From NCBI GenBank assembly GCA_003693705.1, contig RBZT01000415.1, forward strand, positions 1 through 64,000: DNA of 64,000 bases. The letters run 5' to 3'. The position numbers and the translations under genes are program-made. The notes under the pieces are model-generated. The model had not been told where the DNA came from. It did no database searches and saw only the letters and a list, made by a program, of their open reading frames with translations. This document shows, in pieces, positions 11,801-24,952 of this stretch. Source of the stretch: Polymyxa betae A26-41 (Eukaryota > Protista > Endomyxa: Phytomyxea). Positions within the stretch are counted from its first letter, which is position 1; every line of letters starts with the position of its first letter.

Positions 11801-14800
11801 TTGGTCTTTCTCATCAGGAGCTCGATCAATGTCGATTTGCCGGCACCTTCAGGCCCAATGAGCAGAATGGGTTCACGATTACATACCCACGGTTCCATTA
11901 TTGAGACATAACGTTGAACTTGAACGGTTTCCACTAAAGTATTGTCTCCAGCTCCTTTTGGACGCTCCTCACTGTTCGCCATTTGGAACGGTCGTAGCGA
12001 TTCCGAATCGCGATCATAGTATAGATCCAGGCAGGCGCTAGGATCAATGCCTTTCAATTGCGCTAGACGAACCAATTCGGAAAATAGTGGTTGGAGATGT
12101 TCAAGTCGAAGATTTGCTGATAGAGCACGAATCTGTTAGAAGTCAGTCTGAGAGCGGTAATATCAACGACAGTATAAAACGTACCAATCCAATCGTAAAG
12201 GCATGCCGAGATGTACAATTGGAAATATGACTGAAGATCGAGCAAACCATGGATAAGTTGTTTGTCTCGAGCACAGGGTTGATGAGGTTATTTTCTTGAC
12301 CATACCGCAGAAGTGGAATTAAAACCGAATCAATCAGATCTTGAGTGATTTCCGACTGTAATATATATTAAGAAATACAGATTTCATACAATTGAAAAAA
12401 CAGCCTAACAAACGAAAAGAAGCCGAAAAACGCAACTGAATTTAGAACCTGAATTTTGTGCCTGCAGGTGGAGACAAGAGCAGAGATGAGATCGCAATGG
12501 TCTGTTCCTACGAAAACCATTCCCATGCGTGATATGGTAGCTGGTGATGCATATTGTAGATCATCCGTCTCAAATATGAAATTGACATTGGATCGAAACT
12601 GGAGCCGTTCTCCATTCGGCAATGTTAGCAGATGATTATCGTCCAGAACTGAGTTCAATGATTCGATCCATTCCGGGTCTACATCTCCATCACAAACAAT
12701 CCAATGCTGATAATTGATATCTGATTCCAGCACCTATACATTACATCAACAAAAACTAACACATTTTGTCCTAAAAGTTAAATTGTTTCAAAGATTCCTA
12801 GCCGAATAGCTCAGGGACAACATTAGAAAACAGGCTGGACCGATGGAAAGTGCCAAATTGACCAATCTGTGATGTTCAATGAGACAGTGAAGATATCAGA
12901 GTCTCTATGGTAATATGGTAACATGATGTAATGTTATGTTACCTGTCTAGAAGCATGAGTTAGAACACCATCAGTCCATTGCCGTGTATCAGGATCCATA
13001 TAACCAAATAGTTGATGCCGATCTATAGCTTTGGGATTGATAACATGCATTCGAACCGGCTGGCATTGAGCCAGTCGTGCCCCAGCAAGTACTCGTAATA
13101 ATGTGCTTTTGCCGGTTCCACTGTGACCGAATACAACCACTCCCATACGTTCAGCTAACGCTGCATCCAGCTGCATGATCTTATCAATCTGTTCAGGAAT
13201 GGCCTTTAGATTCAACTGCTTATAGGTCTGTAGTACAGCATCATGTAGGGATACATTCGAGCTCAGTTCCATCTGAACATTCGGGAATATATCCTGCATC
13301 AATGACTGAAATCTACTAAGATCCGCTCTGGTTATTTTCGATATCATATTGCTTGATAGAGCCCTAACAAGCACCTCGGCTTCATTTTGGATCGTCCTTG
13401 CGATGTCATGTTGCCCTAATAATCGGGCGGCCGTATTCAGAACCGATTTGAATGAGCGTAGGCCCCAATCGTAATGCTTTTGATTTGAGAGCAGCTGTCG
13501 CCCCAGATCAAAAATTGAGACAAGTTTTGGGCCAAGTTCATGACCATGATTAAACCCACAAGAATACATAATGACCTGAGCGATTAGATCAAAATCAGGT
13601 GCTGTCATTGCCACAGGTCGAAACAACGCCTTCAGGTTATCAGGCAGGCGAGATCGGCCACCATATTCCTTCCCGGCTGGATTCATCGTCACAAAGATGC
13701 CAGAATCTGGATGTACATTGACCGGGGTGTCCAGCAGGCGTACTGTCCCAGGGCCCGATTTCAATGCCGATTGAATCAGCTGGATCTGCTGTGAGATAGC
13801 CGACAGCTGATCCTGACGCAATCGATTGAATTCGTCGAAACAGCCCCAGGCTCCTGATTTAACGAGACCGGTGAAAATTCTGCTCATTGATTGTGCATCG
13901 ATACCATCATCACAATTAAAGACGAGAACCTGTCGTCCCAGAGCTTGACCTAATGCCTTCACTGATTCTGTTTTGCCTGTTCCAGCTGGCCCATATGGAT
14001 TACCACCATATCCCAAATGTATCCCCGTTGTTAGAACCAGATAACATTTATCTGTCAGTTCCGTATGAACCAATCGGGAGGCGTTACCCTGATATTCATA
14101 CGAATAGACAAGTTCAGCTGAGCTCTGTTTTATCTGACATCGACCTTGATCGTTCAGATAAAATCGCAGCTGCTTCTGCCATAGCCAATCGGTTCGCGAT
14201 CGAACCTGATTCTTGGACAACATTTTTATCAGGTCAAGTTGATGTACTAAATCGACGATCAATGATTTCGCTTTGATGTTCCAAAGCCGGTCGCCATGAT
14301 CGCAGGTTAGCTCTGATAAGCGCTTCTGAATATCTTGTTCGATATTAGAAAGCTGGGTCCCATTATGGTCCAAAGCCAGCTCGACCCGATTCGTGAACTG
14401 AATTTCATTAGCCAGACAGAGAATTTGAGCCGGATACCGCTGTAGTTCGAGCCTGGGTTGTTTCATGGCTTCAACCAATAGATGCTGTAATGTAGATTTC
14501 ATTTGATGGCAGAGATTCGACATCCATTGATCAACATCACAAGTGAAATCAATCGGTTCCAACAGCTGGACAGTCTCGTTCTCAGCGCTGACCATCGCTA
14601 CGATCGATTCGCGATCGAACTCAACCCGATCAATGCCTTGAAATAGTTTCTTCAGATGGGCCTGCACGACCGTCGGACTCGAGGACTGGCCAAGAATCTC
14701 GAGCAAGGCGTCGTCGCCGATGAAATAAAAGCGTGAAAACTGTGACCGTTTCTGCTCGAGGAATTCGCTGAGGGCTTTCTGACATCGTTCCAGCTGTTCA

Positions 14801-17800
14801 ACCATCGTAGTTAAACGATCTTCAAGTCCTTTCATATTACTTAATGAAACCACGTTCCGATTAGTCTTGATAGCCGTCATTATGGACCGGAACTCTTGAT
14901 CAATGCGCTCGAATCGCGCCTGTTCTTTAGGAAGAGCACCGCGATTGAATATGGGCGCCAAATAGACCCAGCGACGCTGTATAGTGCTGAGTTTGGTGAT
15001 GGCGCCATCTAAAAGCTGAAATCGACTTTGTAGATGCAGAGCTTGGTCTTGAAACAATGTGAAGTATGGCGAATCACGCAGCGATGATAACAAGGACAAT
15101 TTGTCGCCAATCTCTGATTGAATCTGATCCCAGCCTTTGACAAGAATCTGATCGCTTTCGACAATCAGATCAAATTCACAGGTTTCCGACCAGGAACGAA
15201 TCTCATCAAACGCTTCTCGTAATGTCACTTCACCCTGAGCTCGTGAGTTAAGATCTCGTAAGCTCTGGGCTTTGGTCTGGATATGATCGGCGACCTGCAG
15301 CAAATGTCGCAATCGTAATGATTGCAGATTAATATTACCAGGCAGATGCAGAATGTGTATCATGGTCGACCAATGATCTTTCTGGAAATAATCGCCCGTT
15401 AGATAACGAATCTGGGAATAAACCTGCTCCAGATGACGTAGATCAACATGCAATTCCAGTACGACTTGCATCTCGGTCTTCACTACTTTCAATTTCTCTG
15501 TCCATTGATGTAGAAACTCGCCAATATCACCGGCATGTGACCTTAATTCAATCCAGGGTTCATCATCCGCCAGACGCCTGTATTCCATTTGAAATTCATG
15601 AATCATATTCCAGACGGACTGGATCTGAACCAAATCCGAACTGATCGTCTGGAATAGATCCAACACGATATCGGGAGGGTCCAGATTGAAGGTCTGCGAT
15701 TCAGCTTTGAGATCGTCGATTTCATGACGCAGATGATCGAGATCACGCTGCCAATCGTTCAACTCATTTAAAGTTGTTTCATGATCCTGTACAGAGCCCT
15801 GTGTCGGACGTAGCGCCTTCCAGCGTGATGCGAACTTCTCGATATTCGAGTTCAAAGCTTTAGTTCGAGTTAAGATCGCCTTCCTGCAGTAATCGCTGCA
15901 GTTCTGCAGAATATCTTCGAACGTGCCCAGGTCCTGATCCAGTCCAGACCAGCGCTGACGCTCCGGACCCAGATCAATACCATGCTCAGATCCGGCCAGA
16001 AGCTGGTTAAGTTCATCGAGTCGGTCGAATGAGATCAACTCAGATTTCGTTTGCAATAATTGCAACAAAGCTTGTCGTGCCGCCATAATTTCCGACGAAG
16101 TTTTGGGCCGAGATCCAATCACAGCCTGACACTGCTGAATGAACCTGCATTATGATCAAGGATTAGTTCAGTGAATGATGGACAGATATCATGGTCATAC
16201 TGGTCGCATTGAAACAGTTCGGCATGAATTAGATCACGTATATGATGATGAATAGATTGAATCAGATCACCACCAATACGACGAATGGATTGTTTTAAAG
16301 AAATCAATGAGATTGAAACCAGACTTAGATCAATCTGATCTTCAATATTGTTGACTTCCATCATTTTCATGTCAATATCAGCCAAAGCTTGTCCGAGTTC
16401 TAATGAGGACCCTCGTCCGAAATGCTCTGCGATGAATGCTCTAACATCGATCAAAGCCGGTGCGATCCAATTCTGAATTCCAATCAGCACACAATATTCT
16501 AGCAACCAGATTGCATTAACCCGATATCGAGCAGACACTTGTTTCATTTCCTTGCACAGGGATTCGATGTTCATAAACAGTCTGCAGATATCATCATTGA
16601 ACTGGGCCGGTATGGAGGCGAACAGTCGTCGTGATTCCTGAGACGGATCGAGACCTGACAGATGATGATGATATGCCAATGAGATACAGAATTAGAATGT
16701 GAACTTACACAACATATTAACTGGAATATGAATTAGTTTCTTCACATTTCTCGTCAATGTTAATCGGATCTCTTCTAGACCCGGATCGAAACAAATCTGT
16801 CCCATTTCTACAACTAACTGACATGTAACTCGAATAGGTGCCCATGATGACAACATTCTGAGACATCAATCTATTACAGGTTACAATTACCAACAAACAC
16901 CTACACACCTTCCATATGCTGATCGTAAAACTTTGTAAATTTGTTGGTCCCAGTGACGCCGCCACATCTGCACGCCATTGTCGCCATACTGCCTCTCCTG
17001 TATCGATATCTTACCAACGATACGGTTCATGATTTGATTCCATGCAGAACCGGTCAGATCGGTTGCAATCATCGTCCGGACTTCGTTGCCGATTGCTTCG
17101 TGAACGACCCGTAGACGTCGATTGCGACTGGTGAGTCGATCGGCGGCCTGCATGACGCCAGACACGTAATCGCTCATCTGTTGAACGTTGTTCCATGTTG
17201 CGGATGCGTTCTGAACAGCTTTCTCAAATGCTTGAGCATCTGGTAATAACATCGCCTTCTGACTTGGTATAATCTGATCACTCATAGTATTATAGAAATG
17301 TGCAACTTGCTGTAATTGAACTGCATAACGATAGAATTGATCTCCACTAGTTACTATTGAATCGATCTCGGATGTCATTCGATATCCGAACTCTGAAAGG
17401 ACGCGAACATCTCGCATCAATGTCAATAAACGTTCGTCATAATGAACACGCATATCGCCATCATTCTCAAGATCGAAATCTACCAGATGACCTGTGGCCT
17501 GTAACTTGTTATAGATCTAAGCCATTGAGGGTGTAGAATCTATACCTGTAAACGTAACGATGATGATGGAGAAGCAAGTTCGGTATTAATGGCATCAAGC
17601 CATGATTGAAACTGATTCTGACAGAATAATTGAATCTGTTCGAGTATTTGATCACATTGTGTGATAAATCGCTCTAAACCTTGTACACCATATAAAACTC
17701 GATCAACAACATCACGAGCTTGACGACATCTCGTCGAGATTTGAGAAGACCAGATTATTCGAGATACAATGGGAGTTAGATTCGGACACAGAAACGATAT

Positions 17801-19118
17801 ATTCTGCTCAGAGGACGACTCGAATTGATTACGAAGGTGATCAACGAATGCGAGCATAACAGTCAATAAATGATCACGTTCATTGGCAAGATCTTCACCA
17901 GCTAATGGTCGACTAAGTAGCTCAGGGAATTGATCGAGCTCGGCCAGGATCAAGGTCGGGTTCGATGATATCGATTGTAAACGTTGTTTCAGGAGCATAT
18001 TTCCATGATGTTCGATTGGGTTCACATCACGATCGAATCGGGTCAGGGACTTAGTCCAGGATTCATCTGAAAACGGTGACCAATGTAATGGGTTGGATTC
18101 AGCCAGAGATTGTAGGACGATGTCAAGACCCAGACGCCCATGATCTGATTTTGGAATTAACCGTTTTAACTCCTCGTGAAGACCACGACACTCGGTAAGA
18201 TGACGAAGTCGTCGTGACACTCGATTCAATAAATCGTCATCAATCTGGAAAGCGAAATTAATTCAAATTTAGAAAACGAGAGGTAAAATGCATTAAAGGC
18301 AATCAAAGCACTTGAGTAAAAAAATGAATAAATTAGTTGAAAAGACGAACCCATTCGCCTTGCCATCGATCAATGAAATCTCTTTGATACAGATCATGAA
18401 GTATTAACTGCCATAGATCTATAATACGTTGTGATCTTGTAAGATACTGTCGTACTGTCTGCCATGGTCCATAAAATATATTGAGATCAGATAGTGATTC
18501 TTGAATATATGAAACTAATCGTGTTGAACATGCCTGAATTACAGCCAACATTCGTGATTGAGGATAAGACCCATCACCTTCTCTCCACAGATCACCAATA
18601 ATCATCTCCACATCTTCCAAACAACTTCGAATATCATTCTCAGATTGCCATTTGGTCGACAACCGATCGTCCAAAGCCTCCAGATGTGAGATGTAAAGGC
18701 CAGCCGCCGGTAACTGTTTCTGTCCCTGCCAAAATCGGATTTCATCTTTAATGGTGATGATTGTATGATCAGATATCGGGCCATCATCACGACGAAGATG
18801 TTGAAGTAAAAGCTGTAATTCTTGTTCACCTTGAAATGTGGTTGATAGAATATATCTATTAACATTATGTATAGGGATCTCAGAACCAGGATATCTCTTG
18901 AGGAAATAAACAGCCTCATTGCTTATATCAGGTGCTGTTCTTAACCCTTCTTCGGTCTTACACAAACGTAATGACTCCTTGCTAAAATCGTTCACAAAAT
19001 CAATGACTGATTTTTGTACTTGACCAGGCCATGTCTCGAACTTGGTATTCTGATCCAGATCCAGGGCCGTACTGGCCAGCTGTGTGATGTATTGCAGCCG
19101 TGGATCTGTTGACGACAT
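5860..19118 (-). CDS. DYNC2H1: Cytoplasmic dynein 2 heavy chain (retrograde IFT dynein), multi-exon, roughly 4100-4200 aa
   Basis: P-loops GPAGTGKT (with GNPYG context), [16 protein letters not shown] and GSSGIGRR. Also [53 protein letters not shown] and C-terminal [10 protein letters not shown]. About ten short GT-AG introns join the track ORFs in frame. Confidence 0.95.
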
Positions 19119-20107
19119 TCTATGATGACGCCGACATCAATACAGAACCGAAATAAGATGGACATTGCAACAGGTCACACGACCAAAACCTGCAACGAGA
19201 AGTCTATGATCAGCTAAATAAATATAGCTACCAAACAGCATCCTGCTCTGAGGTTGAAACTTTCGATCGTCCTTGGAATGAGTTAAGGCTGATGCAGCTT
19301 CATGGACAAGTATGAACAATCTGAACAATGCTGAGAGGTGGAAGGACGCATCCAGTTTCCATCATGTTGTTCACGCATGTAATCATGAATCAGTATGAAA
19401 ACATGTCGTTCTCAATTCAACTTCATTGAGGACAATTTCGTGAGGGTTTTCTTTGGGCAAATTACCGTGCTCGCTTGCTGATATAATGAGAGACTCCGGG
19501 TGATGCATTGACATATTAACAGTTAAATTTGATGTCAGAGAAGCTGGTATCCAGTGAGCACTTTTCAATGAAGATAAGCCAACACAGACTTCCGTCAGAG
19601 GCTATTATCGCACAGCCTTTGGCACGAATCGGTTCACTCAATCTCAATTCGCTGTTTATTGATCGATGACGTCGGCACGCTGAGCAGACCTCTCCTTAAG
19701 GTTTTTTTGAGGCACATATAGCCGTCCCAGGTGTACTCCATTTGGCCTTGACGCTTACAAAAGTACTCTCATCAGTTGTGATTGCTATTCAAAACCACAT
19801 TGATCTGTGGCGTTTACAAATTGAATACATATTTTTTTATTAATAACGGTGCCATTTGTGCTGTATTGCAGCATTGGTTAAATTCAGATGACATCACAGT
19901 CAACGAAATCCATTATAAAGTCGATATTATGTTTAGAGAGCAGTGACTAAGGATATCCCTTTTGGAGAGATCTCCCAAACTACGTTTGGCAGCAGAAGTT
20001 GTTAGCATGGCATTGTGATCATAGATGCGGCTGTTCTAACTCTAGGCGGTTAACAATTGTTAATCTGGATTCTGAGACTGTAACCCATGTGATTAAAAAT
20101 CGATCGG

Positions 20108-21497
20108 ATGGTCATGCCCGATCTTTTGAAAACAAGCTTTGGGATTGGTATGTCTCAAAAATGTCATCCTGACTTAATGAAAGATGTTCCTGCTGTTAGT
20201 CTTGCTGTCTCAATTTCGCATCATCTGGTCTCATTTTGATATCTGCAGGCGGGCATCACGTTCCAGAAAGTCGACTGTGTTATTTTAACGGAACTGGACC
20301 AGACGACGCAAAAAAGCCCAGATCTGGATCTCAACCGCGATTCGACTCGATTCGGATCAACACCTATTCACATCACAGAATCTGATCCCTTGAATCGTCA
20401 ACCCTTATCACAACTGGCTGAGTACTTTCAAGCACAAAAGGAGTCAATTTATCGCCGGAATCGACGAGAGCCTTTAGGAAAAGCTTACAGTTATGGAACT
20501 CAGTTCCCTGATTGCATCGCCAATGATCCTGAATTTAGTTTCGGCAAAAGATCGCAAATAGATGTCTCTGGTATGGAAATCATTCTCACATATCTGGTCG
20601 TCAATATTGATTTGAATAATAACTGATACAGGGCCCATTTGTCCAGATGAAAGAGAAAATAAATGGTTTAGAAAGACGGATTCAGAGGGGATCGCGCAGG
20701 AAAAGGCGGTTCAAAAGAAGAGTTGGTCCATGGAGATACCATTTAGATGCACTAACATGGTTCTCAGTTGATTTCAAATATAATTGGGAGGCAGCAGGAG
20801 TTGATCTAGATCAACACCGTTTCGGTTATAAAATCGAAGAGGACGTTGGCGAGACCCATCAACGGTGCATCGAGCAAGATCATATTCAAAAGACAAGGAT
20901 TATCTCGCGTCGGGAGAACGACATGAAAGAACGGAACCGTCTGCATCGTCTTGGGCAAGCAAAGATTCCACCGTAATTTAGCAACGTCATTAGTAGGATC
21001 CCGTTTTAATGTCACTTTAGAAAGTATCTGGTTGAAATGGATCCGGATCATCGATTTGGCAAATTGCCGAAATTCGAAACGAATTGGACAGCTGAGGAAT
21101 GTCTTCGATATGGTGCGGATCGAAGGTTTGATTCAGACGTCGGTCGTCGCGTTTGGCAGGGTTCTGCACCTCAGCAAGCAGAAGCTATGATACACGGTAT
21201 TGCCAGCCCAGCCCATAACCAAACAGCTCGAGCGTGCATCTGGCCGGTTGCTCTGGATAGCGACTTCACCGAAGTTCGGGATTTGCAACAGATCTTAGAT
21301 ATCTGGTCGAGCAGCGGCCTCGATTCGAAATCTTCCCACTACCAATCGACAGTTGAGTATCTCTCCAGGTTTGCCGAGTTGTTGTCAGTCGAATTACAGC
21401 TAAACCGAGCAGGGCCAGCCGTCAAAAGATTTCGCTTAACGAGTTCATGATGCTATACAATGACATGTTAATGTCTACAAGAAAGCAAGAGAGTTGA
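20108..21497 (+). CDS. EFHB/CFAP21-like axonemal protein (short form, no obvious EF-hands)
   Basis: KESIYRRNRREPLGKAY resembles the conserved EFHB ESIY...R.PLGK segment. Repeated FG-type units (EFSFGK, HRFGY, HRFGK) are typical of microtubule-inner proteins. The 5' structure requires an 11-nt micro-exon. Confidence 0.65.
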
Positions 21498-21611
21498 ACG
21501 TGATGAAGGCGGTCCCGCCGCTGCAGTGTGATGTTACAACTACAAGTATATCTGCCGATCCTGAGGGAGGCCTGAGCTGTGAGTAATGGTATTATATAAA
21601 ACACATTGTAG

Positions 21612-22712
21612 ATGGTTTGGCTGGTTTTCTGCCTCTGCATTACCATCGCATCGGCTGTCGTTATTTCCAACAATGCAAGCCTTGTTTGCCTCGGCAAAGA
21701 TCCGAACTCGGGAGAAGTATTCCAACCCTGCCAGCTCAGGACTCGATTGACGCCGTCGTTTGCCGATCTCTGTGGGGCAGTATGGACGCCGGGCATGGTC
21801 TATGTCAACGACTCGTTCACGATCCAGTTTTCAATGCAAGTTTCGAATATCACTGGATATTGCGCTGAACATCAGAACGTGTTTCGATTCTGTAAATCTC
21901 GAGGAGGGCATGGACTCGCGTTGATCATCCAAAATGATCCAAACATGAAATCTTTACCAACTTTCATTGGCATGTCACCTGTTTAGATTCATTCGGAACA
22001 CTAAAACGATTTCTCTAGGGCAATGCGGGAATGGTCTTGGATATACCGGAATCAATAACAGGTTCGTCCTTTGGTTCTGTCATTTGACATGCTAAAATCT
22101 GTTTAGCCTGGCTTTAGAACTAGATCTAGTAAGCTGAAACAAATGAACTAGCGAAATACTTAAGCCTTGGTTTCAGTGGTACGACCCTGAGCTGTTCGAT
22201 TTGTACGACAACCATGTCGCTCTGCAGTCCATGTCGAATTTCTCAAATTCAAATGATCACCGCAACTCGCTAGCTGTGTCTTCTGATATTGCAGATCTCG
22301 CTGATGGACGAGTTCATACCATTAAGGTTTATTACGAACCGAGATTTGATATCAATATAATCTCGCCAGAGAATTGCACAGGAACACATTCTTGTGGGCG
22401 GTTTCAAGCTAATCCTGTGGTAAGGCTCACCAATTCTAATTGACATTCGCATCATGATTGTGCTGATAGTTCGCATCAATGCTAACTACAACGTATTCGA
22501 GTTCTTTATCAATGGGTTTGCTGTGGGCCTTTATCGACGATCTGGTTCGACCAATATTTATCACACCAGTAAATCTGAACGATCTGCTATCATTGAATCA
22601 AGGGAGAGCTTACGTTGGTATCTCAGCGTCAACAGGTCATTTTCAGTTTCAAACTCATGACATATTCAACTGGACGATTTGCACATCTTCGTCGTGTAAT
22701 CAGTTTATATAG
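21612..22712 (+). CDS. Secreted L-type (legume-lectin/ConA-like) lectin domain protein
   Basis: Signal peptide MVWLVFCLCITIASA, then LTP....GAVW, GGHGLALIIQN, GNGLGYTGINNSLALELDLWYD...DNHVA, DGRVHTIKVYY and GRAYVGISASTG...HDIFNW. Confidence 0.85.
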
Positions 22713-22781
22713 CGCTCTGCTTCACAGAAACAGAATAGTAGCGGGCACGCGTCACCTTAAATTGTCTTTGAGATCATTAGC

Positions 22782-23530
22782 ATGGCTGCTAAGAAGAAAG
22801 CGAAGAGAAGCGCCAAGAAAAGTAAAAGTAAAGAATCAGCTGTCGTCAATAAACCCAAAGAAGCTCCACCAATTGTTCATGTCCCAGCTCGTGGTCCTGA
22901 AGCACTATTACTTCATTATGTCGCAAACAGTGATTCATTTGCACTTAGTCGCGTGTTGCAAACTTGGCCGAATCTCGATATAAATCGACAAGAACGGGAT
23001 GGCAAAACAGCGTTGCATCTTGCCATTGAACTTAAGCAAATTAAGATCGTGAGATTACTGCTAGAAGCAGGCGCCAAAAATGATCTCAAAACGATCACAG
23101 GAAAAACGCCATTGATGGAAGCAGTCTTAACAGGATCGAAAGAAATCGTACAGGTCCTAATTCAAAGCAGTCCCGATATCAATCAAGTCGATCGTCACGA
23201 ATTTAGCCCTCTACATCTTGCTGTGCAACATTCCGACCCTACAATTGTCAAAATGCTTCTTCAAGGTATATTGGAAAGACTGAAGTTAATTTACAATTGA
23301 ACGTAATCTTAGCTGGTGCTGATTTGTACAAACCGGATGCAGACGGAAGGACTCCATCGCATTGGGCAAATTATCTTGGGCTTGAACATATTTCTCGTCT
23401 TCTACCACAAGTAGAAGGGCAGCCTGATGTCTGGGAGCGATACCAGAAGATAGCAGCAGCCCAATCCTTGCAATCTGCTGGAAAACCCAAGAAAACAGGC
23501 AGCAAAAAGTCCAAGAAATCCAAGAAGTAG
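22782..23530 (+). CDS. Ankyrin-repeat protein with Lys-rich N- and C-termini (2 exons)
   Basis: Ankyrin repeats GKTALHLA, GKTPLMEA, FSPLHLA and GRTPSHWA. One GT-AG intron at about 23267-23312. Confidence 0.9.
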
Positions 23531-23596
23531 GAATTGATTCCGACCACTCATGATCTTGGTGAATCCAAAAATAAAATTACACCCAGATGTACTTCG

Positions 23597-24584
23597 TCAT
23601 TGTTGAGATGGCGGCTCATTTACAGACCGAGGTGGATATACAATGATAAATGTAGGATTTGGATCGTCTGATTGCACAGGAGATGATTCTTGCCGATCTT
23701 GCAATCGCAGCTTATCAAGCTGTATTTGACAAAATACAGCAATAACTGCAAGGAATACGAACGTAAACCCAGTAGTGACAATGCTTATGACAGTTTGAAA
23801 ATTGAGTTCTTTCAAACTAGCGCCTGTTGGTGTTAAATATCTCAGAAGTAAAACGACAAAGGTTTTGATACCAGATTGCATCTGATCGAATGCAAGAGCG
23901 ATATCAACAGTTGACATTCCGATATAGACCCAAGCCAGCATTTTAAATCTTGATAAACAGGTTCCTATTATAAACGAAGAATCCCTGAACAACATCATCA
24001 GTATATCAGCAATCCCGACAAGCGACAGACTTTATTTTAGTGAATGACAATAGAACACAAGAGACGCCAAACGGACAAGCAGAGAGCTGTAGTAAGAATG
24101 TCGAAATGATCCCATGGGAACTTATAGCTTTTTCTAGACAGATTATATTCCTGCTGTATGTCGGTAGCCGTTCCTGAATGTGCTCTATTGTTAAATATCC
24201 CCTTTTTATAAAGAACATGGCTGTATAAAATGTGATCAGTCCAGCGAGAAGGTAACCTGTTCAGATATTTGATTAATACACCCTCATCAATATGATATTA
24301 TCGAAGAACATACTGAAATAGACCATAATCATGGCGTACCATTCATACTTTATGGATGCTACAATAAGCAAAAAGGTGCTACCAAATCCAATAGGTGTAG
24401 CGGAAACAACAAGCCCAAGTATAATCAGGGTGCCATGAATGGGGTTCTTGACATCGATTTGTCCAGCAACAAACACTAACAAACGCACGTACAGGGGTAG
24501 TAGAAACCAAGAGGCGACGATACCAAAAAGTATCCCTACAGAGAACCCAACAGCGATCACAGCTCTCTTTACTGTTGCATTCAT
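23597..24584 (-). CDS. Multi-pass membrane protein, VTT/SNARE-associated Golgi (Tvp38/TMEM64-like) family
   Basis: Several hydrophobic helices. FLLQLSACPFGVSCVLLSFT resembles the VTT RLxPxPF motif, and LAWVYIG follows. Three introns are inferred. Confidence 0.65.
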
Positions 24585-24952
24585 GACAAAGGAAATCAAC
24601 TAATTACTAATTACTGGATATCTGGGAACGTACCTCCGAAAGTGATCAATTTAATACATACAGGGAGACAATTCCAGAAGATTTCTGTAATTAAGCATCA
24701 AGATGGTATCATGAAGCATGAAAGATAAAACTGGAACAAAGATCCTTTTTCCGATATCTAGAGTAAAAGAGAAATTAACAGGGATGGCAGAGAAGATTTA
24801 GCAAAAGATGCATTCAGAGGCAATTCATGAATTGGTTTTATAAAACGGAAAACAGGAAAGTTTTGTAAGGAATGATACCTACCTATATGGATTATCAATA
24901 GACAAGAGACGAAATGGAATACGTTTCATTTAGCTATTATAACGGACGTTAA

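Noticed and set aside
12802-12816. GCCGAATAGCTCAGG resembles a tRNA 5' end and A-box
   Set aside because: No T-loop (GTTCRA), anticodon arm or complementary acceptor stem follows.
24788-24803. CAGAGAAGATTTAGCA resembles the U6 snRNA ACAGAGAAGATTAGCA core
   Set aside because: It lacks the invariant first A, has an extra T, and has neither the following ISL (TGGCCCCTGCGCAAGG) nor the 5' stem. Treated as a chance match.
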